Shown here: positions 7,488-17,096 of the stretch, one piece after another
Numbering within the stretch: the stretch's first letter is position 1
How the letters are laid out: each line of letters begins with the position of its first letter
Source: Thermococcus kodakarensis KOD1
Lineage (GTDB): Archaea; Methanobacteriota_B; Thermococci; Thermococcales; Thermococcaceae
NCBI RefSeq assembly: GCF_000009965.1
Contig: NC_006624.1
Span: 1,320,001 to 1,352,000, forward strand
Length of the DNA stretch: 32,000 nucleotides
Reading direction: 5' to 3'
Translations under genes and position numbers: made by a program
The notes under the pieces: generated by a model
What the model saw: the letters and a program-made list of their open reading frames with translations, nothing else
Database searches by the model: none
What the model was told of the DNA's origin: nothing

Positions 7488-7910
7488 TCAGACGCGCCTG
7501 CCCCTTCTCCCGCCCTTCGGCCTGGTACCGTCGTGCGGGATCGGGGTGACGTCCTCAACCCTTCCAATCCTAAGGCCGGCCCTGGAGAGGGCCCTAATGG
7601 CTGCCTGAGCACCTGGTCCCGGGCTCTTGCTCTTGCTTCCTCCAGGGGCGCGGACCTTGATGTGGACGCCGGTGATGCCCTTCTCCATAGCCTCTTCGGC
7701 GGCCCTTCTCGCGGCTATCATAGCAGCATACGGTGAGGGCTCGTCCCTGTCGGCCTTGACGACCATACCACCGCTCCACCTGGAGATGGTCTCGGCCCCG
7801 GTGAGGTCCGTGATGTGGATGATGGTGTTGTTGTATGAGGAGTAGATGTGGGCGACACCCCACTTCTCCTTCTTCTTTATGTTAACCTGAGTGGTCTGCT
7901 CCTCGCTCAT
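7488..7910 (-). CDS. rps11: 30S ribosomal protein S11 (uS11)
   Basis: 140 aa, [26 protein letters not shown]. The ATG overlaps the rps4 stop (ATGA). Confidence 0.96.
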
Positions 7911-8449
7911 GCCTCACCACCCTGCTTAGCCTGTTCGATAACCATCCTCTCGGGGTGGCCCTCCTTGGCGAAGGGTGAGCCCTTGGCGTAGGTTATCGTG
8001 TCCTCCTCCTCGCGGAGGACGAGGTAGCCAGGAGAGCGGATGACCTGACCGTTAACCTCGATGTGGCCGTGAACGATGAGCTGCCTAGCCTGCTTCATAG
8101 TCCTGGCGAGGCCCTTCCTGTAGACGATGGTCTGAAGCCTCCTCTCAAGGACGTCCTCAACGGTGAGCGAGAGAACGTCATCGAGGACTGCATCGGCCGG
8201 AAGGAGGCCAAGCCTGTAGAGCCTCTGGAGGAGCTGCTGCCTCTCGATTTCGGCCTGCTTGCCACGGGCCGCAAGGAGCCTTCTAGCCCTACGCCTGAAC
8301 TCCTTGAGCTGGGTCTCGTGGCGCCAGAGCTCCTTCTTGTTCTTGAGGGCGTAGTTCCTCTTCAGAACCCTCTCGCGGTCAAGCCTCTCCTTAATCCACG
8401 GGTGAGAGGGAGTTTCGTACTTCTTCCTCTGCCTCTTCGGGTCTCCCAT
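7907..8449 (-). CDS. rps4: 30S ribosomal protein S4 (uS4)
   Basis: 180 aa, [23 protein letters not shown]. Confidence 0.96.
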
Positions 8450-8459
8450 TTACACCACC

Positions 8460-8909
8460 TCACTTCTTCCTTCTGCTCACACCGACGGTTGTACCGTGCC
8501 TGAAGTTGGACCTGGTCCTCTGTCCCCTGACAGGGAGACCGAGCTCGTGCCTTATACCGCGGTAAGCCCTGATCCTCCTGAGCCTGTTGACATCCTCACG
8601 CCAGGCCATAACGAGCTTGGCAGTGATGAGGTGCATGTCCTTGCCAGTCTCGTAGTCCTTCGGCCTGTTTACGGCCCAAGCGGGTATTCCGTGGGCGACC
8701 GGGTCAGCGAGTATCTCCTCGATCTTCTTCACCTGCTCGTCGGTGAGGTAACCTGCCTTCATGAACGGGTCTATTCCTGCAACCCTGAGCACCATTGTTG
8801 CGAAGTTTATGCCGATGCCCTTTATGCCCGTAAGGGCCCACCTAACCTGCTTATGTCCGTCTATATCCACTCCCGCAACACGGACGATGTGCCTAAAGTT
8901 CTCGGTCAT
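8460..8909 (-). CDS. rps13: 30S ribosomal protein S13 (uS13)
   Basis: [33 protein letters not shown]. The ATG at 8909 follows GGAGGTG. The 36-codon track extension runs into tRNA-Ser. Confidence 0.93.
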
Positions 8910-8951
8910 TACGAATACACCTCCACATCCCTTTGAAACGATAAGGGATTT

Positions 8952-9038
8952 TGGCGCCGGGACGGGGATTTGAACCCCGGTGGCCATACGGCCACGGGCT
9001 CTCAAGGCCCGCGCCATCCCAGGCTAGGCGATCCCGGC
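8952..9038 (-). tRNA. tRNA-Ser (anticodon TGA), long variable arm, CCA encoded
   Basis: Reverse complement is GCCGGGA...CGGGC-CTTGAGA-GCCCG-TGGCCGTATGGCCAC-CGGGG-TTCAAAT-CCCCG-TCCCGGC-G-CCA. Confidence 0.92.
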
Positions 9039-9611
9039 ATACACCCGATAGCCGCTCCCCTTCGCGAGCTCTCTCACTTCGGTGAAAGTCTCATCCATGA
9101 GGGACTTAATATACTTTGCCCCCTGCTTGGTCTTGATGACCAGCTGGAGGTAGCCACCATCGTTCAGATGCCGTGGAGCGTTTATAACTATTTCCCTCAG
9201 GACTTCCTTCCCTGCGTGCACAGGGGGGTTCGTGATTATGGAGTCGAACTTTTCTCCAGCGACCGGTTCGTAGAGACTCCCCCAGCGAACCTCTGCGTTC
9301 CTAACGCCGTTGATTTTTAAGTTTTTCTTTGCTATGCTGACCGCCCTGCGGTTTACATCAGTCATGACGACATAATCCACAAAGCGAGAGGCAACGATGC
9401 CTATGGGACCGTATCCACAGCCGAGGTCAAGGACCCTCCACCCTGGCTGAAGAACCATGCTCTCGATGAGGAGTTCCGTTCCCCTGTCGAGCCTGCCGAA
9501 GGAGAAAACCCCGCTCGCTGTGATGAACTTGAAACAGTGCCCTCTAACGCAGACTTCGATAGTCTTCGTCTTCAGCGGAGTGCTCGGCTCTTCTGAGTAG
9601 TAGTGGCTCAT
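9024..9611 (-). CDS. Class I SAM-dependent methyltransferase, RsmC/RsmD-like (methyltransferase small domain, NPPxH type)
   Basis: 195 aa. Has the SAM motif VLDLGCGYGPIG and the amino-methyltransferase motif ITNPPVHAG. Confidence 0.85.
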   Translation of the reverse strand: MSHYYSEEPSTPLKTKTIEVCVRGHCFKFITASGVFSFGRLDRGTELLIESMVLQPGWRVLDLGCGYGPIGIVASRFVDYVVMTDVNRRAVSIAKKNLKINGVRNAEVRWGSLYEPVAGEKFDSIITNPPVHAGKEVLREIVINAPRHLNDGGYLQLVIKTKQGAKYIKSLMDETFTEVRELAKGSGYRVYAGIA

Positions 9612-9632
9612 GGTCGGGGATTCGATAAGGGG

Positions 9633-9640
9633 TTTATAAA
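9633..9640 (-). promoter_or_regulatory. TATA box (TTTATAAA) placing the transcription start at or near the methyltransferase ATG (leaderless)
   Basis: The palindromic TTTATAAA is centred ~26 nt upstream of the ATG at 9611. There is no SD in between. Confidence 0.5.
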
Positions 9641-9651
9641 GGTGAAGGAGC

Positions 9652-10449
9652 CTAAAATCCCCGTATTATGTCCCACACAACAGCCACACCTACTGCTCCA
9701 ACGACAAGGAGGACAAGGAAGCCAAGCTTTTTGTGCTTCGGGAATACGTAGGCTTCAGCGGCACCGAAGGCAACACTCTGAGCGGACAATAGGAGAAGGT
9801 TTTTGACGAGATGCTCACTTCTGCCCAACCTCAAAAGTTCATCGACCATCTCAAGAGAAGAGCCCCCTACAGTGTGTCCCAGGAGATAGACACCAACCAG
9901 CAAACCGGCACCGAAAAGGGAGGTCTTTATAATCCACAGGCCGAGGTCCCTAGCCGATGTTACCGTCCATTCCTTCCCAGAGGCGAGAGCATACAAAGTG
10001 AGGGGAATGTCTAATATCCACTGCACCATGAGGAGGAAGATAGGGATAAACGAAAAAATTTCCAGAAACATGGCGACCACGGAAATTGCCGCCCCCACAA
10101 CGTTTCCGGTTAAAAAGAGGGCCATGCCGAGCAGATACCAAACGATTATGTGATGACCAATTATTTCCTGTACATCCTTCACAAACCTGTCCCTGCCCCA
10201 GTTCTCCTCGAGGATTACGTGGAGCCGCTTAAAGTCTTCCCTCCGATATCCGTGCTTCTCAAGATGGCGGCCGATGAAAAAGAGAGCAGAAACTCCGAAG
10301 AGCGGGAGAAGTGCAAACATCGTCACGAGCAGTCCAGCATCTATGGTTTCGCCACCACTGCGGGCCCCCAAAAAGAGGAGGGCCATTAATATGGAAATCA
10401 TACCAACAACGGTCTCAATTATCAGCTTGAGGCCCTTCCTCCCCTCCAT
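9652..10449 (-). CDS. Uncharacterized polytopic membrane protein
   Basis: About 265 aa with at least six hydrophobic segments and no motif I recognise. The ATG at 10449 follows GGGGTG; the track start at 10458 is a GTG. It lies 30 nt downstream of cbf5. Confidence 0.6.
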   Translation of the reverse strand: MEGRKGLKLIIETVVGMISILMALLFLGARSGGETIDAGLLVTMFALLPLFGVSALFFIGRHLEKHGYRREDFKRLHVILEENWGRDRFVKDVQEIIGHHIIVWYLLGMALFLTGNVVGAAISVVAMFLEIFSFIPIFLLMVQWILDIPLTLYALASGKEWTVTSARDLGLWIIKTSLFGAGLLVGVYLLGHTVGGSSLEMVDELLRLGRSEHLVKNLLLLSAQSVAFGAAEAYVFPKHKKLGFLVLLVVGAVGVAVVWDIIRGF

Positions 10450-10479
10450 GAAAAGCACCCCAAAGAAGGGAAAGAGAAA

Positions 10480-11496
10480 TCACTCTTTCTCCTTCCACAG
10501 CTTGGGATACCAGTCCCTTGGCATGAAGACTTTGTCCACATCGACCGCTATGCCCTTGCTCTTCTGGAGCATCTCCCCGGTTGTCATCATGGCTTTGCCC
10601 AGTGCAACAAGCTCGTCCTTGAGGGTCATTATTGCGACGAGGTCTCCCTTCTTTATGCCCTTGTGGAGCTTGACTACGCCGGGAACTGCTAAATCAGCGC
10701 CGTGAGTAACAGCGGCAACTGCGGAGTCCCTTATCCAGACCTTGGGCAGATGTTCCACTGCCTTCTCCATCGGCTGGATTGCCTTCCTGAAGTACTCCTC
10801 AACCCCGTCCTCCTTCCAGAAGTGGTAGTAGTCCACAAGGTCATGGAGGGTCACGAGGGTCTCATCCTCCTTGAAGGGGCCACTTCTGGTCCTTCTAAGT
10901 TCGGCCATGTGGGCGCCGACCCCAAGGGCAAGGCCAATGTGGTGGATGAGCGAACGGATGTAGGTTCCGGCCTCGACTCCAACCCTGAAGAGAACGTCCC
11001 TACCTTCTATCTCCAGCACGTCTATGTAGTAGACCTTCCTCGTCCTAAGGCGTCTCTTGACGGCACTCCTCAGGGGCGGCCTCTGGATTATCTCCCCCTG
11101 GAACTCCCTCATAACGGCGAGTATTTTGTCCTCGGGAACGTCGCCGTGGAGGTGCATTAAAGCCACGTACTCCTTTCCAGCTGGCAGAAGGGCCTGCACA
11201 ACCCTTGTTGCTCTCTCCAGGGCAACCGGAAGGACTCCACTGACCTTCGGATCTAGCGTTCCACCGTGTCCTGCCTTGTTAAGGTTCAGTATCCTCTTGA
11301 CCCAGGCGACGACCTCGTGGCTCGTCGGCCCGGGCGGCTTGTCGAGGTTGATTATGCCGAACTGGATGTGCATCTCGATTGGCCGTTTCTCCGGCGGAAA
11401 GCCCCACTTCGGATTCGTCTCGGCCTTCTCGTCCTTCACAACCACTTCCCTCTTGATGTCAGCGGGAAGGATCCTCCTCACTTCGTCCCTCGCCAT
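10480..11496 (-). CDS. cbf5: H/ACA RNP pseudouridine synthase Cbf5 (TruB family)
   Basis: MARDEVRRILPADIKREVVVKDEKAETNPKWGFPPEKRPIEMHIQFGIINLDKPPGPTSHEVVAW...GHGGTLDPKVSG, with a PUA-type C-terminus. The ATG at 11496 follows AGGTGATGATC. Confidence 0.95.
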   Translation of the reverse strand: MARDEVRRILPADIKREVVVKDEKAETNPKWGFPPEKRPIEMHIQFGIINLDKPPGPTSHEVVAWVKRILNLNKAGHGGTLDPKVSGVLPVALERATRVVQALLPAGKEYVALMHLHGDVPEDKILAVMREFQGEIIQRPPLRSAVKRRLRTRKVYYIDVLEIEGRDVLFRVGVEAGTYIRSLIHHIGLALGVGAHMAELRRTRSGPFKEDETLVTLHDLVDYYHFWKEDGVEEYFRKAIQPMEKAVEHLPKVWIRDSAVAAVTHGADLAVPGVVKLHKGIKKGDLVAIMTLKDELVALGKAMMTTGEMLQKSKGIAVDVDKVFMPRDWYPKLWKEKE

Positions 11497-11505
11497 GATC
11501 ATCAC

Positions 11506-11745
11506 CTACAGATCTTTAAGAGCCCCAACAAATTCATCCTTTGAAATTCCAGCAAGATGAAGCACTCCGAGCAAAGTTCCGGGCTTCAGCTCCTTGTGAA
11601 GCGGAACCACGGTACCAATTTTTCTCCCGTTTTCATATTTAACTAAAACGACATGACTGCCCCTCTGACGCGAGACCTTAAAGCCGAACTTAGATGTCAG
11701 TACTTTGACGACCTCTTCACCCGAGAGCCTTGGCAATCTCGACAT
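11506..11745 (-). CDS. hicA: HicA-family mRNA interferase toxin (YcfA-like)
   Basis: 79 aa, MSRLPRLSGEEVVKVLTSKFGFKVSRQRGSHVVL, including the conserved GSH motif. Confidence 0.82.
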   Translation of the reverse strand: MSRLPRLSGEEVVKVLTSKFGFKVSRQRGSHVVLVKYENGRKIGTVVPLHKELKPGTLLGVLHLAGISKDEFVGALKDL

Positions 11746-11938
11746 TGAAATCGCCCACGAACTTTATCTTCCCAAGTTCCTCTTTGAGCTCGGGGAACTC
11801 TTCCAGGTAAAGCTCCACCGCCTCCCTGAGGTTCTCAAGTGCCTCCTCTATCGTCTCGCCCTGAGTAGTTACCCCCGTGAACACTTCCTTGACGACGTAA
11901 ACTCCCTCTTCCTCCCAGATAACGGCATGAAGGTTCAT
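11717..11938 (-). CDS. hicB: HicB-like antitoxin (UPF0150 fold only, no DNA-binding domain)
   Basis: MNLHAVIWEEEGVYVVKEVFTGVTTQGETIEEALENLREAVELYLEE. The ATG at 11938 follows GGTGGGGAGC; the track start at 11947 is a GTG inside the SD. It overlaps hicA by 29 nt. Confidence 0.75.
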   Translation of the reverse strand: MNLHAVIWEEEGVYVVKEVFTGVTTQGETIEEALENLREAVELYLEEFPELKEELGKIKFVGDFNVEIAKALG

Positions 11939-11969
11939 GCTCCCCACCGTTTTCTCTACTGTAGCCCTC

Positions 11970-11978
11970 TTTATAAAT
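11970..11978 (-). promoter_or_regulatory. TATA box (ATTTATAAA on minus strand) for hicB-hicA(-cbf5)
   Basis: It lies between the SDR stop (11983) and hicB, ~36 nt upstream of the hicB ATG. Confidence 0.5.
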
Positions 11979-11982
11979 CCAC

Positions 11983-12693
11983 CTAATATCTGAAGCGGTA
12001 TGTAAAGACGGGCCAGTTGGGCAGGTATTTAACGAGCTTCAGGTAGCCGGGCACAAAGACCTCACGCTTGTTCTTTTTAATGCCGTTAAGCACCGCATCG
12101 GCTACCCGCTCAGGTTCGATTGACCCCCTGGGAATCTTACCCTTCCAGAACTCGCTCTTCACCTGCTTGGGATAGACTCTAATCGTGCTTATTCCCAGCT
12201 CCGCCAGCTCCTTCTCTAAGTTTATCGTGAGATAGTGGAGCGCACCTTTGGTGGCGCAGTATGAGGGGATCTCAGGGACATTGACAAAGGCAACGCCGCT
12301 TATTACAAAGACGACCTTTGAGCCCTTCCCGAGAAACGGGAGGAGCTCCTTCGTAAGCCAGATGGGAGCAAAGACGTTTACTCTGAATATGTTCTCAAGC
12401 TCTTCACTGGAATGCTCCAGGAGGGGCTTTCTGATGGCGTAGCCAGCGTTGTTTATGAGCAGGTCGAGCTTTCTTATTCCCATACTAGCTAAAGCATCCC
12501 TGATTTTGGCCGGAGCTTCCGTGTCGGAAAGGTCAGCAGCTATGTAATCAAAGCTTTTCAGGGCCTTGGATAGCTCCCTGAGCTTATCCTCTCTCCTCGC
12601 AACACAGATTACGTGGTAGCCCTGCCTAACAAGCCTCTCTGACAGTGCCCTCCCAATGCCGCCGGTGGCGCCAGTAATTAGGGCAGTCTTCAT
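11983..12693 (-). CDS. Short-chain dehydrogenase/reductase (SDR) family oxidoreductase
   Basis: 236 aa. N-terminal TGATGGIG Rossmann motif, NNAG, and the catalytic S...YxxxK (SYCATK). Confidence 0.88.
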   Translation of the reverse strand: MKTALITGATGGIGRALSERLVRQGYHVICVARREDKLRELSKALKSFDYIAADLSDTEAPAKIRDALASMGIRKLDLLINNAGYAIRKPLLEHSSEELENIFRVNVFAPIWLTKELLPFLGKGSKVVFVISGVAFVNVPEIPSYCATKGALHYLTINLEKELAELGISTIRVYPKQVKSEFWKGKIPRGSIEPERVADAVLNGIKKNKREVFVPGYLKLVKYLPNWPVFTYRFRY

Positions 12694-12784
12694 AACCTCT
12701 CACCAAAGTTTATGCCCAGAACAGGGCTATAAAATCTTGGGATACAAAAGGCAGAACAAAGAACCAGAACCGAGAATGAGAATT

Positions 12785-12804
12785 GTGAGGGGAAGGCCCC
12801 TCAC
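12785..12804 (-). terminator. Perfect 8-bp hairpin spanning the rpl14e stop codon, followed by T-rich tracts
   Basis: GTGAGGGG-AAGG-CCCCTCAC. The minus-strand downstream sequence contains TTCTTTGTTCTGCCTTTTGT. Confidence 0.45.
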
Positions 12805-13052
12805 TCGAGGCTGATTCCAGCCCCCTCGAGGGCGGCCTTGATCTCCTCGTCGGAAGCGCCGCGCTGAATGTTGACCCTCTCCGGAAGGGGCTCGAGGTGC
12901 TTAACGTTCATCCTCCTGCGCTTGACCTTGTTGAGGCCAGCACCGGTAACGAGGACGAAGTTCTTGTCGATTATGTCGGCAACGACGACCTTCTGTCCAG
13001 CCCTCCTTCCGGCGATAACGACGGCAATCCTTCCAACCTCAATAGCTGGCAT
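12801..13052 (-). CDS. rpl14e: 50S ribosomal protein L14e
   Basis: 83 aa, [37 protein letters not shown]. Confidence 0.94.
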
Positions 13053-13634
13053 TCATCCCACCTCCTTTTCTTTTTCATCCTCCCCCGCGTCACCGCTGGG
13101 GGAAAGGTGGTCGATGGCGGCCTTCACAATCGCGAAGACGCCATCGGGGCCCCAGTGGGCCGTGTTAATAATCAAGTCATAAATGGACTTGTCCTCGATG
13201 TCGATTCCGTAGAGGTTTAAATACCTTTTCCTGTTCTGCTTCTCCCTCTCGGCTATCTTAACGAATGCCTCCTCAACGGAGATGCCTTCCCTCTTGGCAA
13301 CCCTCTTGGCGCGCTCCATTATCGGAGCGTCAAGCCAGATTTTCAGGTCAGCATTCTTGACCATCCAGCCAGCGAGGCGGCCTTCAATAACGACATTGCA
13401 CTCCTTGGCTGCCTCGATCTGCCTTCTGTCAATTTCCCTGTCTATCTCTGGGTGGAGCTCAACATACTTCTGGAACTCCTCGAGGGTCATGCCCATTTCC
13501 TTGGCCATCTGCCTGAATATAAGCCCAGCATAGATGTGCTTGAAGCCGTAGTGCTTGGCGAGGTTCCTGCAGAGGGTCGTTGTGCCGGACCCTGCCAGAC
13601 CGCTGACGGTTATGACGAGGCAGCCCTTGGGCAT
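13053..13634 (-). CDS. cmk: Cytidylate (CMP) kinase, archaeal type
   Basis: 193 aa with P-loop GLAGSGTTTL, in the conserved position between rpl34e and rpl14e. It has an acidic C-terminal tail. Confidence 0.9.
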   Translation of the reverse strand: MPKGCLVITVSGLAGSGTTTLCRNLAKHYGFKHIYAGLIFRQMAKEMGMTLEEFQKYVELHPEIDREIDRRQIEAAKECNVVIEGRLAGWMVKNADLKIWLDAPIMERAKRVAKREGISVEEAFVKIAEREKQNRKRYLNLYGIDIEDKSIYDLIINTAHWGPDGVFAIVKAAIDHLSPSGDAGEDEKEKEVG

Positions 13635-13645
13635 TCCGCACCACG

Positions 13646-13918
13646 TCAGGCAGTGATTGAAGCCCTAACCTGGGCCTTCATGACCTTCCTCATGCAGCTC
13701 GGGCAGAGGTTCGGGTAGGGCCTCTCGGGTCTCTTCTTGGTCTTCGGGAGCTTCCTGAGCTCGCTCGGCCTGCCGCGCGGGACGCCGTTGAGCGGCCTGC
13801 CGCACATGGCGCAGTGGGCAACCTTCGGCTTCCTTCTCTCGAAGTGGATGACGGTCCTTCCACCGGGAGTCCTGACGTACTTTCTCCTCCATGACCTTGA
13901 CCTGTACATGGGCTTCAT
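13646..13918 (-). CDS. rpl34e: 50S ribosomal protein L34e
   Basis: [43 protein letters not shown]. The ATG at 13918 follows GAGGTGAGAGT. Confidence 0.92.
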
Positions 13919-13959
13919 ACTCTCACCTCGCAACCTCATTTTGCAGAGCGTTTTTAAAT

Positions 13960-14484
13960 TTATCCCATATTAAGGAACTTCCTCAGTATCATGCCGACCG
14001 CGTAGCTGGTCAGGAAGTACCAGCCGACGTATCCGAGCTGGTCGGGCGGCAGCGCCGAGTGCTGCCAGCTGTGGAACCAGTCAAAGAGGAAGAAGTTGAA
14101 GGGGGCTTTGACTATTCCAACCTCGACGTACCAGCGCCTGAGCCACGCGAAGAATATCCAAAATACGGGAAGCGTCAGGAACATTGGGATCATCTGCTGC
14201 TGCATAAGCTCACTCTGCATCTTCATAAGCTCCATCTGCTTCTTTTGAACTTTTTTAAGCTTCTTTTCGTCGCCACTCTTCTGAGCTTCACGCATCTCCT
14301 TCTGGAGCTCTTTGGCAAGCTTCTGCATGTGCCTCTGCTTCTCAATATCCGTGAAGAAGTAGTAGATCAAAGTGTAAGTCCCGCCGATTATTGCCCCAGC
14401 TACCGTAATGACCCACATGGGATGGTAGCCAGTTATGAACGGTCCAAACAGGTTGTCAAGGAACGCGTATATTCCCTCAAGCAT
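13960..14484 (-). CDS. DUF106-family membrane protein (archaeal YidC/Oxa1/EMC3-like insertase candidate)
   Basis: Three TM segments flank a lysine- and glutamate-rich coiled region ([33 protein letters not shown]). It sits in the conserved adk-DUF106-rpl34e context. The ATG at 14484 overlaps the adk 3' end by 8 nt. Confidence 0.8.
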
Positions 14485-15067
14485 ACTCACTCACCGCCAG
14501 ATCGAGTACTTTAACGAGCTCGTTTACGGCCTCTTCAAGACCTTTATCCTCGTGGTTTTCAATGATTTTGATGAGCGCGTTAGAGTGCATTGCGTACGCT
14601 ATGGCCGCGGCCCTGTTGAGATCCTGATGCCTCGCTATCTGCTCCTCGGTCTCAACGTCCCTATCCCTCTTGAGGTCACGCAGGCGCCTTCCAAGGATTT
14701 CACTCGGGGCAGCCTCAATAATGACTATAAAGTTCGGATTGAGGATTTCTATAACCTCCCTTGGAAATCCGAGAAGGTATCCAGCGGGGGTCCGGATAGT
14801 CGCGTGGGTATCGAGCAGAACGGGTTCTTTCCTGGCAATCTCAACAATCCTCTGGGCGACTTTAAGCTGAAGTTCCTTCTGGGTCAGGGGGTCAAGCTTT
14901 CTCATCTCGTCCCTGTGCTTCACAAGCCCCATATTGACGGCCTCTTCGAACATCAGATCCCCAAAATTGACGAGTCTAAACTTGGCTCGGGTCTTTTTGA
15001 GGGCCAGCTTCGTTATGGTGCTCTTGCCCACACCTGGAATACCCGTGATCACGACAACAAACGGCAT
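14477..15067 (-). CDS. adkA: Adenylate kinase, archaeal type
   Basis: [19 protein letters not shown]-loop. The ATG at 15067 is preferred; the track start at 15076 is a GTG in the SD GGGTGAG. Confidence 0.92.
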   Translation of the reverse strand: MPFVVVITGIPGVGKSTITKLALKKTRAKFRLVNFGDLMFEEAVNMGLVKHRDEMRKLDPLTQKELQLKVAQRIVEIARKEPVLLDTHATIRTPAGYLLGFPREVIEILNPNFIVIIEAAPSEILGRRLRDLKRDRDVETEEQIARHQDLNRAAAIAYAMHSNALIKIIENHEDKGLEEAVNELVKVLDLAVSEYA

Positions 15068-15149
15068 GGCTCTCACCCAGAGGACTCAAAGATTTACTCC
15101 AAAAGGATACAGAAAAACGAGCTTAAAAGGTTTTGCAAAAAGGAAAGGG

Positions 15150-16598
15150 TCACTTGGCGAAGAACTTCCTGAGTGCCGGGAACATCTCGGTGGCCTGTTC
15201 CCTGGCTATCTCCTCGTAGAACCTGTAGAGTATACCTACCGTCAGGAGAATTCCTGTTCCAGTACCGAGGGCACCGAGGAAGTCCGCCAGCACTGCCACG
15301 AGGGCTATGGTGAAGGAGCCCCAGAATGTCACGTATGGAATGTACCTCTGAAGGACCCTCTCGAGGATTCTTGGATCCCTCCTGAAACCGGGTATCTGGA
15401 GGCCAGCGTTCTGGAGCTGCCTTGCAATGCTCCTAGCGTCAAGGCCCGTGAGTTCAACCCACAGGAATCCAAAGATCAGCGACCAGAATATTGTCATTAA
15501 CGCGTACACCAGCGCCCTCACTGGGTCGTTGATCACGTGGAAGATGTCCCTGGGCGGGTAGAGGTATATGACGAAACCACCGACTGGATTGCCTGCGCTG
15601 TCGAACTGGCCAAGGATTGGGTGGCCGTAGTTGGCGAGGAGCCTAGCCCAGAGCTGTATGTTGGCGTAGAGTGCCATAGTAAGGATGATCGGAATGTTGC
15701 TGACGTACATGAACCTTATCGGATACCTGCCGCGGACAGTAACACGGCCGTAGCTGAGGGGTATCTCGACGCGCATGCTCTCCAGATAGACGACCACGAG
15801 GAAGACCACTATCGTTCCAATCAGCTTTACGATGTCTGGGAGGGTTCCACCACGGTATATTGCGCCGCTTATGTCCCCTTTGAGGATGTGCTGAATGAAA
15901 GCAGGAATCGCACCAATCAAGGCAGGCTCTCCCGTGAGTGGGTCTATGTACTGGTTGCTCTGAACGGGAGCCAGGGATCTATAGATAACCGTCTGGGAGA
16001 CACCCGCGGCAATGAATAGGCTGATACCGCTTCCGATGCCCCACTTGCTCACCAGCTCGTCCAGGAGTATGAGCAGTGTCGAGGCTAGACCGAGCTGGAG
16101 AACGATGAGGAGTGCAAGGCCTATTCCAATGTAGATCGGCCCGTTGGGGATTGAAACGGTCTGGAACGCACCTATTCCGGTGTTCACCTTACCGAAGGCA
16201 CCGGCGAATACATAGATGAACGCCTCGAAAAAGCTCATGAACACGGCGAATACCCTTTGGGTGGCCTGGTAAAAGCGCCTGTCCTCGGGATTTGAGAGGT
16301 CAAGCCTAACTATCTCGGAACCAACGAGAAGCTGCATGATTATACTGGCGGTAACGATTGGACCGATACCGAGGGTCAGGAGCGAGCCGCTCCTACCTGC
16401 GAGCACGAAACGGAGTGTTGCAAAATAATCCTGAACCTGCTGGGGTATTCCATAGAGGGGTATCTCGGCCAGAACGAAGTAGAGCAGCAGGGCAATCCCT
16501 GTCCACATGAATTTTTCCTTTAGGGGAACGTGCCTCTTGGGCCTTTCAACTTCTGGGAACCAGCGTTCGATGGCGTAGACTACTTCCCGGACTCCCAT
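15150..16598 (-). CDS. secY: Preprotein translocase subunit SecY
   Basis: About 482 aa with 10 TM segments and typical archaeal SecY sequence. The ATG at 16598 lies 7 nt after GGTG. Confidence 0.95.
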   Translation of the reverse strand: MGVREVVYAIERWFPEVERPKRHVPLKEKFMWTGIALLLYFVLAEIPLYGIPQQVQDYFATLRFVLAGRSGSLLTLGIGPIVTASIIMQLLVGSEIVRLDLSNPEDRRFYQATQRVFAVFMSFFEAFIYVFAGAFGKVNTGIGAFQTVSIPNGPIYIGIGLALLIVLQLGLASTLLILLDELVSKWGIGSGISLFIAAGVSQTVIYRSLAPVQSNQYIDPLTGEPALIGAIPAFIQHILKGDISGAIYRGGTLPDIVKLIGTIVVFLVVVYLESMRVEIPLSYGRVTVRGRYPIRFMYVSNIPIILTMALYANIQLWARLLANYGHPILGQFDSAGNPVGGFVIYLYPPRDIFHVINDPVRALVYALMTIFWSLIFGFLWVELTGLDARSIARQLQNAGLQIPGFRRDPRILERVLQRYIPYVTFWGSFTIALVAVLADFLGALGTGTGILLTVGILYRFYEEIAREQATEMFPALRKFFAK

Positions 16599-16638
16599 CT
16601 TCAACACCTGTGGGATTGTTAAAAGTTAAAGAAGACAG

Positions 16639-17085
16639 TCAGGCGAGGAGAACCTCGCCGCCAGCAGCCTTGATCTTCTCCTCTGCCTTGGGGGTAACGT
16701 AGTAGGCCTTCACGACGAGGGCCCTTGTGAGCTTACCTGTGCCGAGTATCTTGTCAACGCCGAGGGCAGTCGCGTCGAAGACGAGCTTTCCGTCCTCCTC
16801 GTATATTATGCCCGCATCCTTGAACAGTTCAAAGTTCTCGTCTATGTCGTTGAGGTTTATGACCTTCGGGATGTACTGAACTGCTTTCGGCCTGTGGAAG
16901 CCCCTCTTACCGAGCCTGTCCGGGGCGTACTTGATGGTCCAAGTCCACTTCTGATCCTTCCTCTTACCGGTGCCCGCCATACCGCGGCCACCCTTGCTTC
17001 CACCGCCGCGGTGCTTCTTCTTGCAGCCCCATCCGTGAGTGTGACTTCCGCGGAGCTTCCTAACCTTCTTCCTCCTCCTAATCAT
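16639..17085 (-). CDS. rpl15: 50S ribosomal protein L15 (uL15)
   Basis: 148 aa, [33 protein letters not shown]. Confidence 0.95.
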
Positions 17086-17096
17086 CTCTCGCCACC

